64,000 nucleotides of DNA from a virus, in the IMG/VR virus record IMGVR_UViG_3300020473_000015. One strand, written 5' to 3'. The notes under the pieces were generated by a model that was not told the origin of the DNA, made no database searches, and saw only the letters and a program-made list of their open reading frames with translations. Numbering within the stretch: the stretch's first letter is position 1; each line of letters starts with the position of its first letter. Below, piece by piece: positions 45,021-55,191 of the stretch. Both the position numbers and the translations under genes were made by a program.

Positions 45021-45716
45021 ATGGAAAACTTATCAAAGGCTGAAGTATATCAATTAGTAAGAGAAGCTATGGCTGAAAAAAATCTCATCAAAGAGATGAG
45101 TTCTTACAATAGGGTAAGAGGCCACATTGAAGGAGGACATCCATTTGTGATTATGTCTTCTGATAGGCACGAACGGAGCCAATCAGAGAATCAACAGATG
45201 TACCAACAAATGAAGCAGGATTTTGCTGCTGCGGGTTTTCCTTTTACCGAATTAAAAGGCGGCTTTAAGGAAACCACTAAAACAGAAGTAGATCCAGAAA
45301 CAGGCGAAGAAGTAGAAGTAGAATTGGATGAGCCAATTCATGTGACTGAAAACAGTGTTTTAGTCACGACTCATGGACGAGGAGAAGATGTAGAAGAAAG
45401 TAGTGCAGAATCTTTATTTGATACTGCCGTTGAGATCTCTCGGAAATACAATCAAGAGGCATTTATCTTTGGAGAGGTGGCCACAACATCAAGAGGTAAA
45501 GATGTTAAGGTTATCAATGCATATGATAAAGACGGCAATCAAATACAAGATTCATGGGCTGGCCCTTGGACAAGTGTAGAGACTGTTTCTAAAGATGCTG
45601 ATTTTTGGTCTAGGGCTAGCGGAAAACACTTTCAACTTAAAGAGTCTAAAAAGACTTCTCAGCCAAAATCTTGGTTTGAGGCTATGAAAAAAAGTAAGAA
45701 AGGATTGAAGTGGTAG
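45021..45716 (+). CDS. possible SAM lyase-like (T3 SAMase/Svi3-3 family) protein with an N-terminal leader
   Basis: FVIMSSDR..SQSENQ..MKQDF...GGFKE..ENSVLV..RKYNQEAF resembles my recollection of the family pattern; not verified by search. Confidence 0.45.
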   Translation: MENLSKAEVYQLVREAMAEKNLIKEMSSYNRVRGHIEGGHPFVIMSSDRHERSQSENQQMYQQMKQDFAAAGFPFTELKGGFKETTKTEVDPETGEEVEVELDEPIHVTENSVLVTTHGRGEDVEESSAESLFDTAVEISRKYNQEAFIFGEVATTSRGKDVKVINAYDKDGNQIQDSWAGPWTSVETVSKDADFWSRASGKHFQLKESKKTSQPKSWFEAMKKSKKGLKW

Positions 45717-46420
45717 AAAATTATAGGCGTAAAATTGAAATATTTAAAGATAATATTGGTTCTGTTGAGTACGTTTCCCATATGGGTAGTGATGTTACAA
45801 TTGTTAATTCCGCTAGGGTTAGTTTCGGTAAACACGTTGATGAAGTTAGCGACCGTGATCGCAAATTAATAAAGTATTTAATAAAGCATAGGCACACTTC
45901 AACACTAGAACATTGTGTTGTAACACTTAGATTTAAGGTGCCGTTGTTTATACGCTCTCAGCATCATAGGCATCGCACATGGTCTTACAACGAAATCAGT
46001 AGACGATATACTGATTTTAATTTGGAATTCTATGAGCCTAGAGATTTTAGAAAACAGAGCAAATCAAATCGTCAGGCGTCAGTGGACGAGAGTTTTGACC
46101 CAGTAATGCCAAGTGACATTTTAAACACTTTGGCATCGCACGTTGTTAAGGAACACCATAAAAACTCTTTGGCGCTTTATGAAAAATTAACTGAGGCTGG
46201 TGTTTGCCGTGAACAAGCTCGCGGTGTCTTACCTCAGAATTTATATACAGAATATTATGGCACTTGCAACTTGAATAACCTATTTAAATTTATTGACTTA
46301 CGCATTCACGAAGGTGCGCAATGGGAAATTCAGCAAGTGGCGAAAGCGGTCTTAGAGATAACCTCAGACCTCTTTCCAATTGCTTATGAGTCTTATCAAT
46401 CAGTAAGGAAAGGAGAATAG
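45710..46420 (+). CDS. thyX: flavin-dependent thymidylate synthase
   Basis: VNSARVSF, HTSTLEH, signature RHRTWSYNEISRRY, EQARGVLPQ, HEGAQWEIQ. Confidence 0.95.
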   Translation: MVENYRRKIEIFKDNIGSVEYVSHMGSDVTIVNSARVSFGKHVDEVSDRDRKLIKYLIKHRHTSTLEHCVVTLRFKVPLFIRSQHHRHRTWSYNEISRRYTDFNLEFYEPRDFRKQSKSNRQASVDESFDPVMPSDILNTLASHVVKEHHKNSLALYEKLTEAGVCREQARGVLPQNLYTEYYGTCNLNNLFKFIDLRIHEGAQWEIQQVAKAVLEITSDLFPIAYESYQSVRKGE

Positions 46421-46421
46421 A

Positions 46422-47012
46422 ATGATTATTGGAATTCTAGCAACGTTGGCAATTTCGGTTTCACCGCCGCCAACTTATGATGAGATTAGAGAGGCTGCTA
46501 TTTATGAGTGCCACACCAAGAAGTGGCAAGATGTTGATCAAAAAATTGTTGATGATTTAATTGAAGTTGAAAAACACTTTTTTAAAGAGTATAATATACC
46601 TGTGGAGTTGAGAGGAATGCTGCTTGCAGCCGCATGTAATGAAAGTGGATACAATCCACGAGCTAAAGGAGATTGGACTACGCGCAAAGGTCGAAGAATC
46701 CCATTGGCAAAAGGTATCGTACAATTGCACTCATGGTGGACAACTAAATATATTGTGGATCGCTATGACCACATACAGTCTTCACGTGCATGGATGCAAC
46801 ACATTGTCCACCAGAGGGGCAAAATTGACAAGAGAGGCTGGTGCAAAAGGCACAATAACATTAAAAAATGGGTTGTAGCGTGGGTACAAACGACACGTGG
46901 GCGATCTAATAAAGGAAACAACTTTCGTTGTTATCAGTCTCCATCACATTATAAACATCTTAAAAGATGGTATAGAATAATTGAAGATTTAAGAGAAGAG
47001 CCTGGATGTTAA
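46422..47012 (+). CDS. lytic transglycosylase (SLT-like) with N-terminal signal/anchor
   Basis: LLAAACNESGYNPRAKGD..AKGIVQL. Confidence 0.6.
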   Translation: MIIGILATLAISVSPPPTYDEIREAAIYECHTKKWQDVDQKIVDDLIEVEKHFFKEYNIPVELRGMLLAAACNESGYNPRAKGDWTTRKGRRIPLAKGIVQLHSWWTTKYIVDRYDHIQSSRAWMQHIVHQRGKIDKRGWCKRHNNIKKWVVAWVQTTRGRSNKGNNFRCYQSPSHYKHLKRWYRIIEDLREEPGC

Positions 47013-47034
47013 TTTGGGCAACGGGGAGAAAAAA

Positions 47035-47277
47035 ATGATTAAATACGTGATGATAATTATAGTTTTATGTTGGGCAACAGTCGCCCCAGCAAAAGAAGCA
47101 AATTATGAAAAGATATTGGCTGAGTGGTCTAGCCAAATCACCAAGCAGCGACACCATATCAATAATGAAAATACTGAAAAACACTCTAAGAAAAATCATT
47201 TCAAGATTCTAGAGCAGTGGAAACATGGTGTTGTAAAAATTCATCAAAAGGCACACACTTGCAAAAAAGAGGGATGA
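47035..47277 (+). CDS. small secreted hypothetical protein
   Basis: signal-peptide-like N-terminus; SD GGGGAG. Confidence 0.5.
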   Translation: MIKYVMIIIVLCWATVAPAKEANYEKILAEWSSQITKQRHHINNENTEKHSKKNHFKILEQWKHGVVKIHQKAHTCKKEG

Positions 47278-48006
47278 TTGCTTTTAACGCTCCCAAAACG
47301 TCATTTAGGCAGCGTTGTTGTAGGAGGCAATCTTTCTGCACTTCTCTATTCGCACACCAATAACTTACCATTAATAATAAACAAAATTAAAAAACCTCAT
47401 CGTTTTGAGAAAATTAATAATAAAAACGCCTTGGTTCAATGGCACAAATTATATTATTTGCTTTCAAACTCTGGCTTAAATCTACTGGGCGTAAAGGCAC
47501 AAAGCACTCGAATTAAAGAGGAAGAGATCAGCATTACAACTAGAGATGCACGCGTGATTAAATACACTTATGATAAGGCCATAATATTTGATGATGAAGA
47601 AGTATTTGGGCTACCAACCCCTCAAAAAGAAAATGAAGATTTTATAGTCTTAGACTGGATTGTTACAAAATCTTGCCAAATGCATGATCATGAATTTTTT
47701 AAGACCGATGATAATCTCGTGAAAGAGGTATATTTCTACCCATCCGAAAGAATTGATGGCAATCACACAAAAAAGAAAGACTTAGTTTCAATATCTTATC
47801 TAAATTCTTCTCAACTACAAGACTTTGAATATTCCGACACTTATGTAAAATTTAAAGTTACGGATATGATGAAAAAGGCTGGCATTGGAGGCAGAAAATG
47901 TGGTGGCAATAACCAGTACGCTTTAAAGCTAGAAGTTGATCGACGAGAAGTAATAAAAGCTAAGATGCACACATATAAGAATACTGAAAAATTGGAGTTC
48001 AAATGA
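47278..48006 (+). CDS. hypothetical protein with a degenerate Rossmann/FAD-binding-like start
   Basis: SVVVGGNLSALLY near the N-terminus; TTG start. Confidence 0.5.
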   Translation: MLLTLPKRHLGSVVVGGNLSALLYSHTNNLPLIINKIKKPHRFEKINNKNALVQWHKLYYLLSNSGLNLLGVKAQSTRIKEEEISITTRDARVIKYTYDKAIIFDDEEVFGLPTPQKENEDFIVLDWIVTKSCQMHDHEFFKTDDNLVKEVYFYPSERIDGNHTKKKDLVSISYLNSSQLQDFEYSDTYVKFKVTDMMKKAGIGGRKCGGNNQYALKLEVDRREVIKAKMHTYKNTEKLEFK

Positions 48007-48890
48007 TCGAAAAGGGAATACAACTCACAACCAGCTTTCATCTAGCGGGTATTGTACCGGTTGCTGGTCAAAAGCTAGATTTTAATTTTCCTTGGCACGA
48101 CTGCTTGCAGCCAATTTCTAGTAATTACTTGGCCATAGAGCGCGCCGTATGGGAATGTGCTTGTGCTGGCTGTGAAACTATTTGGATTGTGTGTCATGAC
48201 GACATGCAGCCTCTTATAAGACATCGCCTTGGAGATTTTGTTCAAGATCCTTTAAAATATAATTTACCAAGAAAAAGGGCACCAAAACAATTTGAGAGAA
48301 CAATTCCAATTTATTACGTTCCGATCCATCCAAAAGATAGAGATAAAAGAGATTGTTTGGGATGGAGTGTTTTATACGGCGCACTAACTTCTTATTGGTT
48401 AAGTAAAACAATAAGTAAGTGGGTTATTCCTGATAAATATTATGCTGCATTTCCGTATGGTGTTTATGACCCAGAATTATTGTTACCATATAGAAGTAAA
48501 ATATCTAGTAAAAAAGATTTTCACGTATCTTTTAACAACCAGACAGTAAAAGATAATGAATATTTGGGATTTACTTTCGATGCAGAAGACTTTAAAGAGG
48601 CTCGTAGAATTATTAGAAAAGAGGGCACTGGAGAGTTTTCACACTACAATGCATCGAAAAGAATCCCAGTAGAAGAAAGATGGTCAGCGAGATTTTTTGA
48701 ACTTGACAAAGTGTTTAGAAATGTTATAATGGAAGACGTTAATTTGGAGCTACCGTGGTATCACAATATAGGAAGCTGGGAAGGATTAAAAACTTATTTA
48801 GGAAGTGAAAATTCTCTTGACAAACCGGAGGGTGATGTGTTAGGATATCATGAGTGGAATTTGATTGGAGTCGATAATAATGAAGAGTAA
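48003..48890 (+). CDS. degenerate sugar-phosphate nucleotidyltransferase-like (GT-A) protein
   Basis: LAGIVPVAG..CLQPI..AIERAVWECACAGCETIWIV; C-terminal YHNIGSWEG. Confidence 0.6.
   Translation: MIEKGIQLTTSFHLAGIVPVAGQKLDFNFPWHDCLQPISSNYLAIERAVWECACAGCETIWIVCHDDMQPLIRHRLGDFVQDPLKYNLPRKRAPKQFERTIPIYYVPIHPKDRDKRDCLGWSVLYGALTSYWLSKTISKWVIPDKYYAAFPYGVYDPELLLPYRSKISSKKDFHVSFNNQTVKDNEYLGFTFDAEDFKEARRIIRKEGTGEFSHYNASKRIPVEERWSARFFELDKVFRNVIMEDVNLELPWYHNIGSWEGLKTYLGSENSLDKPEGDVLGYHEWNLIGVDNNEE
48703..48730 (+). promoter_or_regulatory. intragenic sigma70-type promoter TTGACA-N16-TATAAT (extended TG) upstream of dnaE
   Basis: read directly. Confidence 0.6.
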
Positions 48891-51800
48891 AATACCTTTT
48901 GTTGGGTTACATGCACATAGTGGTGTTGGCAGTCCTTTTGATGGCTTGGGATATCCTCAAGAGCATATGGACTATGCGTATGAAAATGGCTGTGACGCAC
49001 TAGCGTTGACAGATCACGGAAATATGAATGGCATGGCATATCAAGTGTTACATGCAAAAAAGATGCAATCTGAGGGGAAAAACTTTAAGCCCATTTTTGG
49101 AGTTGAGGCTTACTTCTTGCCGAGCCTTTCTGAGTGGAAAGAGGAGTATGAGAAAGCTAAAGAAGACAAGAAGGCTAAACGCGGCTTAGATGCGTCAAGA
49201 TCGGCCACGACAATTGAAGATGAGGGCTCATCAAAGACCGCAGTTAAAAACATACTAAATCGACGACGGCACTTAATCTTGTTGGCTCAGAATCAGACTG
49301 GCCTTAACAATATTTTCAAGATGGTTTCTAAATCTTTCTCAAAAGAAAGCTTTTATCGCTTTCCTCGTGTTGACTATAAAATGTTGAAAAAGCACAATGA
49401 AGGTGTTATCGCAGCCAGTGCTTGTCTCGGCGGCGTATATGCTGGAGATTACTGGGAAAACCGAGATAATGGGCGCGATGCAGTATTGAGTGCAATGAAC
49501 AAAACCACAGAAAAGATGATAGATATTTTCGGTGATAGATGGTATGGCGAAATTCAGTGGAACAACATTCCTGAGCAACATGAGCTAAATAAATATATTA
49601 TTCAAACTTCTGGCAAGTACGGGTTTCAGCTTATTTCAACTGCCGACAGTCACTATCCCTCTGCACAGGCATGGAAAGATAGAGAGCTATATAAACGCTT
49701 AGGGTGGCTTGGTAAAGGCGGTATGCCTTCCTGGATGACTTCTGAGTTGCCAGACGGCGTTGAGGAAATTGGATACGAGCTTTATCCTAAAAACGGCGAT
49801 CAGATGTGGGAGTCTTATAAGAGGTATTCAAAAGAGTGCGGATTCGAATATGACGACGATTTGGTAATGGCCTCAATCAAAGAGACATACAACATCGCTC
49901 ACAACCGCATAGAAGCGTTTCTACCGGACAATACGGTAAGACTCCCAGACTTTGTAGTCCCAGCGGGTTTTACGGCCTCACAGGCGCTCTCACAGCTTTG
50001 TTTCGAGGGTCTAAGATCTCTGAACCTACAAACAAATGAAACATATACGGATAGACTTAAAGAAGAGTTAGAAGTTGTTGAAGATCGAGGGTTTAGTAAA
50101 TACTTCCTCACTATGAATGCAGTTGTTGATAAAGCTAACTCTGTGCAAATAACTGGCCCTGGTCGCGGTTCAGCAGCCGGTTCGCTAATTGCCTATGTCT
50201 TAGGGATAACACAAATTGATCCCATTAAATATAATCTTCTATTCTCTCGTTTTATGCGAAGGGATGCACAAGATTATCCTGATATTGATTATGATGTATC
50301 AGACCCAATGGAACTTAAAGAAATGTTGATTGAAGAGTGGGGTGGAGATAAAGTTGTTCCAATCTCAAACTTTAACACTTTGCAATTGCGCTCCTTAGTT
50401 AAAGACATATCTAAGTTTTATCAGATACCTTTTACAGAAGTGAATGGCGTTACGTCGAAGATGCTTAAAGAAGCAACTCCGTTGGCCAAAAAGAAACATG
50501 GAATTAAATCAGGTGTCTACACTCCAACTTTTGAGGAAGTGATGGAATTTTCAGAGTCTTTGAAACAGTTTCTCAATAAATACCCACATGTAGCGAACCA
50601 TATTAATGTGTTGTATGGTCAGATGCGCTCTGTTTCTCGTCATGCTGGCGGTGTTGTGATAGGCGAGGACTTGAATAAGTACATGCCATTGATTAATAGT
50701 GGCGGTGTCACTCAAACACCTTGGTCAGAAGGTCAGAACGTTAGACACCTTGAGCCAATGGGCTTTATTAAGTTCGACATTCTTGGACTCTCGACACTTA
50801 AAATGATCGAGGGTGCAATTGGCCACATCTTGAAGCGCCATCACGGAGTTGATAGTCCGACATTCAAGGATGTTAAGAGATATTATGATGAGTATCTACA
50901 TCCAGAAAAGATTGACTTGAATGATCAGAAGGTTTACGAAAACATTTTCCATAAAGGAAAGTGGGCTGGAATATTTCAGTTTACAGAAAACGGCGCCCAG
51001 AAATTTTGCAGAAAGGCAAAGCCTAGAAACATCATTGATGTGGCTGCAATTACATCTATCTATCGTCCCGGACCTTTGGGTGCAGACGTTGACAAACTCT
51101 ATGTGAAAGCAAAGAAGAATCCTGAAGATATTGTATATGAGCATGATCATGTAAAGGATCTAACAGAGGAAACTTATGGATTCTTGATTTTTCAGGAGCA
51201 GATTGCTTTGTTGGCACATAGGCTTGGCAAAGACTTGAGCTTGGATGAGGGCAATAAACTTCGCAAACTTCTTACCAAAAAAGGAACGGGAGCAGTTGCA
51301 AAACAAAAGAACAAAATAAAACTTAAGTTCGTTGCAGGTTGTGTGGAGAAGGGACTGTCTAAAAGTTGGGCAGAGAAGATGTGGAAAAAGTTTGAATACT
51401 TTTCAGGGTATGGTTTTAATAAGTCACATGCTGTTTCGTACTCTATTATCTCTTATCAGTGTGCGTGGTTGTTTAATTACTATCCAGCAGAATGGATGGC
51501 AGCGTTTCTTGACAAAGAGCCTGAAACAAGAAAAGAGAAGGCAATTAATCTTGCACAAAAGTTTAAATTTAAAATCGATCCCATTGATGTAAATAGGTCA
51601 GGGACAGTTTGGGAAATTGCAGAAGATAACAAAACCTTAATTCAGCCTTTGACTTCATTGAAGGGCTTGGGAGAAAAGGCAATTGAGCAGATCATCGATA
51701 ATAGACCTTTCAGCGCTATTGAAGAGTTCTTGTTTAACGAGAATATTGTCTATAGCAAGTTGAATAAAAAGGCTTTGGATGTTTTATCTCGCAGCGGAGC

Positions 51801-52305
51801 GTTGAACAGTTTGGTGGATGATAGATTCACAGGGCTTAAACACTTTTGGTCTGCTGCTGTCGTGGATCGCCCAAAGAATCTTAAGAAGTTTGAAGAGAAC
51901 ATAGAGTTATATTCTCCAGAGGGCGACTTCAATGATGAAGAAAAGATTAATAATCTAGTCTCTCTTACTGGGGTGTTTCCTATGGATTTAGTCTTAGACA
52001 ATTCTGTGATGCAAAGATTGGATCATTACAAAGTTCCTCCAATTGGAGAGTGGGATAATGATTTGGGAGTTGCATGGTTTATTCCGAGAGAAGTAATTTC
52101 GAAAAAGACAAAGAATGGTAAAACATATTGGATTCTGAAAGTAATTGATAATACTTCTACAGTTACTTCAATTAAATGCTGGGGCGTAGACCCACAACGA
52201 GATGAAATATATATTAACCATCCATATATGAGCAAGCTGGATTACGACGAACAATGGGGGTTCAGCACGCGATCAATTAAATACAATTTTAGAATGTTAG
52301 CATAA
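48880..52305 (+). CDS. dnaE: DNA polymerase III alpha subunit
   Basis: PHP LHAHS..ALTDHG, GPGRGSAAGSLIAY, YPDIDYD, SRHAGG, KFDILGL, GYGFNKSHA; no intein-size insertion. Confidence 0.97.
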   Translation: MKSKIPFVGLHAHSGVGSPFDGLGYPQEHMDYAYENGCDALALTDHGNMNGMAYQVLHAKKMQSEGKNFKPIFGVEAYFLPSLSEWKEEYEKAKEDKKAKRGLDASRSATTIEDEGSSKTAVKNILNRRRHLILLAQNQTGLNNIFKMVSKSFSKESFYRFPRVDYKMLKKHNEGVIAASACLGGVYAGDYWENRDNGRDAVLSAMNKTTEKMIDIFGDRWYGEIQWNNIPEQHELNKYIIQTSGKYGFQLISTADSHYPSAQAWKDRELYKRLGWLGKGGMPSWMTSELPDGVEEIGYELYPKNGDQMWESYKRYSKECGFEYDDDLVMASIKETYNIAHNRIEAFLPDNTVRLPDFVVPAGFTASQALSQLCFEGLRSLNLQTNETYTDRLKEELEVVEDRGFSKYFLTMNAVVDKANSVQITGPGRGSAAGSLIAYVLGITQIDPIKYNLLFSRFMRRDAQDYPDIDYDVSDPMELKEMLIEEWGGDKVVPISNFNTLQLRSLVKDISKFYQIPFTEVNGVTSKMLKEATPLAKKKHGIKSGVYTPTFEEVMEFSESLKQFLNKYPHVANHINVLYGQMRSVSRHAGGVVIGEDLNKYMPLINSGGVTQTPWSEGQNVRHLEPMGFIKFDILGLSTLKMIEGAIGHILKRHHGVDSPTFKDVKRYYDEYLHPEKIDLNDQKVYENIFHKGKWAGIFQFTENGAQKFCRKAKPRNIIDVAAITSIYRPGPLGADVDKLYVKAKKNPEDIVYEHDHVKDLTEETYGFLIFQEQIALLAHRLGKDLSLDEGNKLRKLLTKKGTGAVAKQKNKIKLKFVAGCVEKGLSKSWAEKMWKKFEYFSGYGFNKSHAVSYSIISYQCAWLFNYYPAEWMAAFLDKEPETRKEKAINLAQKFKFKIDPIDVNRSGTVWEIAEDNKTLIQPLTSLKGLGEKAIEQIIDNRPFSAIEEFLFNENIVYSKLNKKALDVLSRSGALNSLVDDRFTGLKHFWSAAVVDRPKNLKKFEENIELYSPEGDFNDEEKINNLVSLTGVFPMDLVLDNSVMQRLDHYKVPPIGEWDNDLGVAWFIPREVISKKTKNGKTYWILKVIDNTSTVTSIKCWGVDPQRDEIYINHPYMSKLDYDEQWGFSTRSIKYNFRMLA

Positions 52306-52314
52306 GGAGAAGCT

Positions 52315-52782
52315 ATGAATTTAAAAGTATATAAAATTAGACCAGAGGCACGATTGCCACTTAGAGCACACAAAACAGACGCAGGGATGGACTTATTTTA
52401 TTGTCCGAATGGAGAAAGAAGCGATATTGTTGAGAGGGATGGATTAGCTATATGCCCTCGTGAATCAAAGCTTGTGCCAACGGGCCTAAAAATTGAGGTT
52501 CCCTACGGTAACATGTTAGAAATTAAGAACAAGTCGGGCATTGCCTCAAAGAGAAAACTAATTACTGGAGCATGTGTTGTAGATCCCGGCTATGATGGAG
52601 AAGTTTATGTTAACCTTCACAACATTGGTTTACATACTCAATATATCAAACCAGGGGATAAAATAGCACAGGCAGTATTAATTCCTATCATACACTGTGG
52701 CATAGAAGAAGTTATGCTTGATGCTCTAAACGAAGGTTCAACACGTGGAAGCGGTGGGTTTGGTAGTACAGGAGACAGATAA
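52315..52782 (+). CDS. dut: dUTPase
   Basis: DAGMDL, KSGIA, VVDPGYDGE, GDKIAQ, RGSGGFGSTG. Confidence 0.96.
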   Translation: MNLKVYKIRPEARLPLRAHKTDAGMDLFYCPNGERSDIVERDGLAICPRESKLVPTGLKIEVPYGNMLEIKNKSGIASKRKLITGACVVDPGYDGEVYVNLHNIGLHTQYIKPGDKIAQAVLIPIIHCGIEEVMLDALNEGSTRGSGGFGSTGDR

Positions 52783-52783
52783 A

Positions 52784-53647
52784 ATGAGTTTGAGATATAT
52801 TTTGAGAAAAGGCGATAAAGGCCAAGAGGTTAAAAGATTACAGGGGTGCCTATTAACAGGTAAAGATGGGGATTTTGGCCCAAAAACTGAAAAGGCACTA
52901 AAGGACTACCAAAAAGAAAATGGATTAACTGTGGATGGCATTGCTGGACCACAGACTTTTGGTCATATGGGCATTGAAGTGCTTGCAGGTATTGATGTTA
53001 GCGCATGGAATGGGAAAATCAACTGGAAGGAAGTTGCTGATGCTGGCGTTAAGTATGTTTGGATAAAGGCCACAGAAGGACAGACACACACTAATCGAGG
53101 CCACAAAGAAAAGTTTGCTGGCGCTAGAGACGCTGGGTTAATTGTAGGTGGGTATCACTTTGGACGTCCAGACTATAATAATCATTCCGATCCAATGGTA
53201 GATGCTGAACGCGAAGCGCATCATTTTCTAAAAGTGATGGAAAAGGTTGGTTTAAATAAAGGTGATTTATTGCCGACCTTAGATGTAGAGAAGGGCATGA
53301 AAACAGATGATCAATATAATGTTGATTGGTCTCTTCGCTGGCTAGAAGTTGTTGAAAAAGAAGTTGGCGCTGGCAATAAGCCAGTAATCTATACTGCGAA
53401 ATGGGCGTGGGATCTGTTTTTAGCTAAGGCAGACAAAGAAAGCCTTAATACACTTATTGACTATCCAGTTTGGTGGGCACGCTATATTCGTAAAGACCAT
53501 CTTGTAGGACCAGGAAATAAATTGAGAGGCTGGAAAGAGTGGGATGTGTGGCAATATACGGGTCACGGTAGCTGCCCCGGCGTTAAAGGGCGTTGCGACT
53601 TAAATTGGATGGCTGGTGGCCAGTTAGAAGAAATGAGGGTATCTTGA
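52784..53647 (+). CDS. endolysin: peptidoglycan-binding domain plus GH25 muramidase
   Basis: DGDFGPKT..LTVDGIAGPQT; GIDVSAWNG, IKATEG, YHF, LDVE, VWQYTG, CDLN. Confidence 0.9.
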   Translation: MSLRYILRKGDKGQEVKRLQGCLLTGKDGDFGPKTEKALKDYQKENGLTVDGIAGPQTFGHMGIEVLAGIDVSAWNGKINWKEVADAGVKYVWIKATEGQTHTNRGHKEKFAGARDAGLIVGGYHFGRPDYNNHSDPMVDAEREAHHFLKVMEKVGLNKGDLLPTLDVEKGMKTDDQYNVDWSLRWLEVVEKEVGAGNKPVIYTAKWAWDLFLAKADKESLNTLIDYPVWWARYIRKDHLVGPGNKLRGWKEWDVWQYTGHGSCPGVKGRCDLNWMAGGQLEEMRVS

Positions 53648-53952
53648 GTATAGAAAGAAAACTTAGAAGAGCGCAAGCTAAAAAATCTAAAAAAAATGCT
53701 GAGAAAGAAATGGCAACAAAAGTTGCTTTATTTGGAAAACTTCCTTCAAATTGCTTGACATGTGAAAAACCTTTTGATAAGATGGATAAACAACAGGTAA
53801 TGTCTTGGAGCGTAGTTGTGCGACAAGAAGAAGAAAAAGTTAATCTTTATTGTCCCGAATGCTGGGAGAGAGCTAGAAATCTTGTTGAGGATTTACAAAA
53901 GAGAATAGAGAGGAAGAATGACGGACCAAATAAACAAACCGAAACATTATAA
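53644..53952 (+). CDS. hypothetical Zn-finger protein
   Basis: CLTC..CPEC; TTG start overlapping the previous stop. Confidence 0.6.
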   Translation: MSIERKLRRAQAKKSKKNAEKEMATKVALFGKLPSNCLTCEKPFDKMDKQQVMSWSVVVRQEEEKVNLYCPECWERARNLVEDLQKRIERKNDGPNKQTETL

Positions 53953-54163
53953 TTTTAATTGGAAGGGTGAACAAGCCATTGAAACATACGACTACATTCG
54001 TTCTTGGAAGATGGACTATCCAGAAAGTAATATTATAAAATACGTGACTAGGCACCCTTATAAGGGGAAATCTCTTGAAGATTTAAAAAAGGCGCGCTGG
54101 TATCTCAATCGCCTGATTGAAGAAGTTGAAAAAACAAAAGGAGGATCATGCGAGAAGCACTAA
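53918..54163 (+). CDS. DUF3310 family protein
   Basis: INKPKHY..IETYDYI..NIIKYVTRHPYKGKSLEDLKKARWYL. Confidence 0.85.
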   Translation: MTDQINKPKHYNFNWKGEQAIETYDYIRSWKMDYPESNIIKYVTRHPYKGKSLEDLKKARWYLNRLIEEVEKTKGGSCEKH

Positions 54164-55191
54164 CATACGATGATGTTTTATTAGTACCTAAATATTCAGA
54201 TATTGAAAGCAGAAAAGAAGTTGACATTGGAAATAATATGGATGAACACATACGTTTGAGTTTACCAATTATTTCATCTCCGATGGATACTGTTACCGAG
54301 AGTGAAATGGCACATGAAATGGCAAATCACGGCGGTTTGGGAGTTATACATCGCTATAACAGTATATCAGAGCAATCTGGCTTGGTTCGGGAGTTGTACG
54401 ATTCCATTTCTTCAAGCTGTGGAGGTACACCAAATATTGCCTTTGCAGTAGGAATAACTGGTGATTATCTTGAGAGAACTTATGGTGGTTGGGAAAATGG
54501 CGCAAACATTGTTTGTATAGATGTTGCTCACGGCCACCACTTAATGATGAAGAAGGCGATTGAAAAAATAAAAGTGGAGTTTGGTCCAAAATTACATATT
54601 ATGGCAGGAAACGTTGCAACTTTAGAGGGCTTTAATGATTTAGCTGATTGGGGTGCAGACAGCATTAGATGTAACATTGGTGGTGGGTCGATCTGTTCAA
54701 CGAGAATTCAAACAGGGCATGGCATGCCCGGATTACAAACAATATTTGATTGTGCATTGTCCGACCGAGATGTAAAGATTATTGCAGACGGTGGAATTCG
54801 CTCTGGCGGCGATATAGTTAAGGCTTTTGCTGCTGGCGCTGATTTTGTGATGGTTGGCTCCTTGCTGGCTGGAACTGATGAAACACCAGGAGAAGTTGTA
54901 TATACTGGACCCGCACATTTAGGTGGAAAACAAAAAGTTTATCGAGGCATGGCATCAAAGGATGCACAAATGCAGTGGCGTGGAAGATATTCTTCCAACG
55001 AAGGGGTTGCAACATATGTGGATTATAAAGGGCCAGTTGGGAAAATTTTAGATGGTCTTAAAAATTCAATCGCATCAGGGCTTTCCTATTCTGGCGCTAG
55101 AAGTTTAGAAGAATTAAGAACTAGAGCGGATTTTGTCCGTCAAACAAACGCTGGCTTAGGTGAAAGTCACACACATATTTTGAGGCGATAA
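54148..55191 (+). CDS. guaB: IMP dehydrogenase/GMP reductase family enzyme lacking CBS domains
   Basis: LTYDDVLLVP, SSPMDTVT, DVAHGH, IGGGSICSTR, ADGGIRSGGD, YRGMAS, EGV. Confidence 0.85.
   Translation: MREALTYDDVLLVPKYSDIESRKEVDIGNNMDEHIRLSLPIISSPMDTVTESEMAHEMANHGGLGVIHRYNSISEQSGLVRELYDSISSSCGGTPNIAFAVGITGDYLERTYGGWENGANIVCIDVAHGHHLMMKKAIEKIKVEFGPKLHIMAGNVATLEGFNDLADWGADSIRCNIGGGSICSTRIQTGHGMPGLQTIFDCALSDRDVKIIADGGIRSGGDIVKAFAAGADFVMVGSLLAGTDETPGEVVYTGPAHLGGKQKVYRGMASKDAQMQWRGRYSSNEGVATYVDYKGPVGKILDGLKNSIASGLSYSGARSLEELRTRADFVRQTNAGLGESHTHILRR

Noticed and set aside
3251-52305. Inteins or introns in terL, recA, dnaB, nrdJ or dnaE
   Set aside because: Lengths are normal and no intein splice motifs (C/S..HN-C/S/T blocks) or reading-frame breaks were seen
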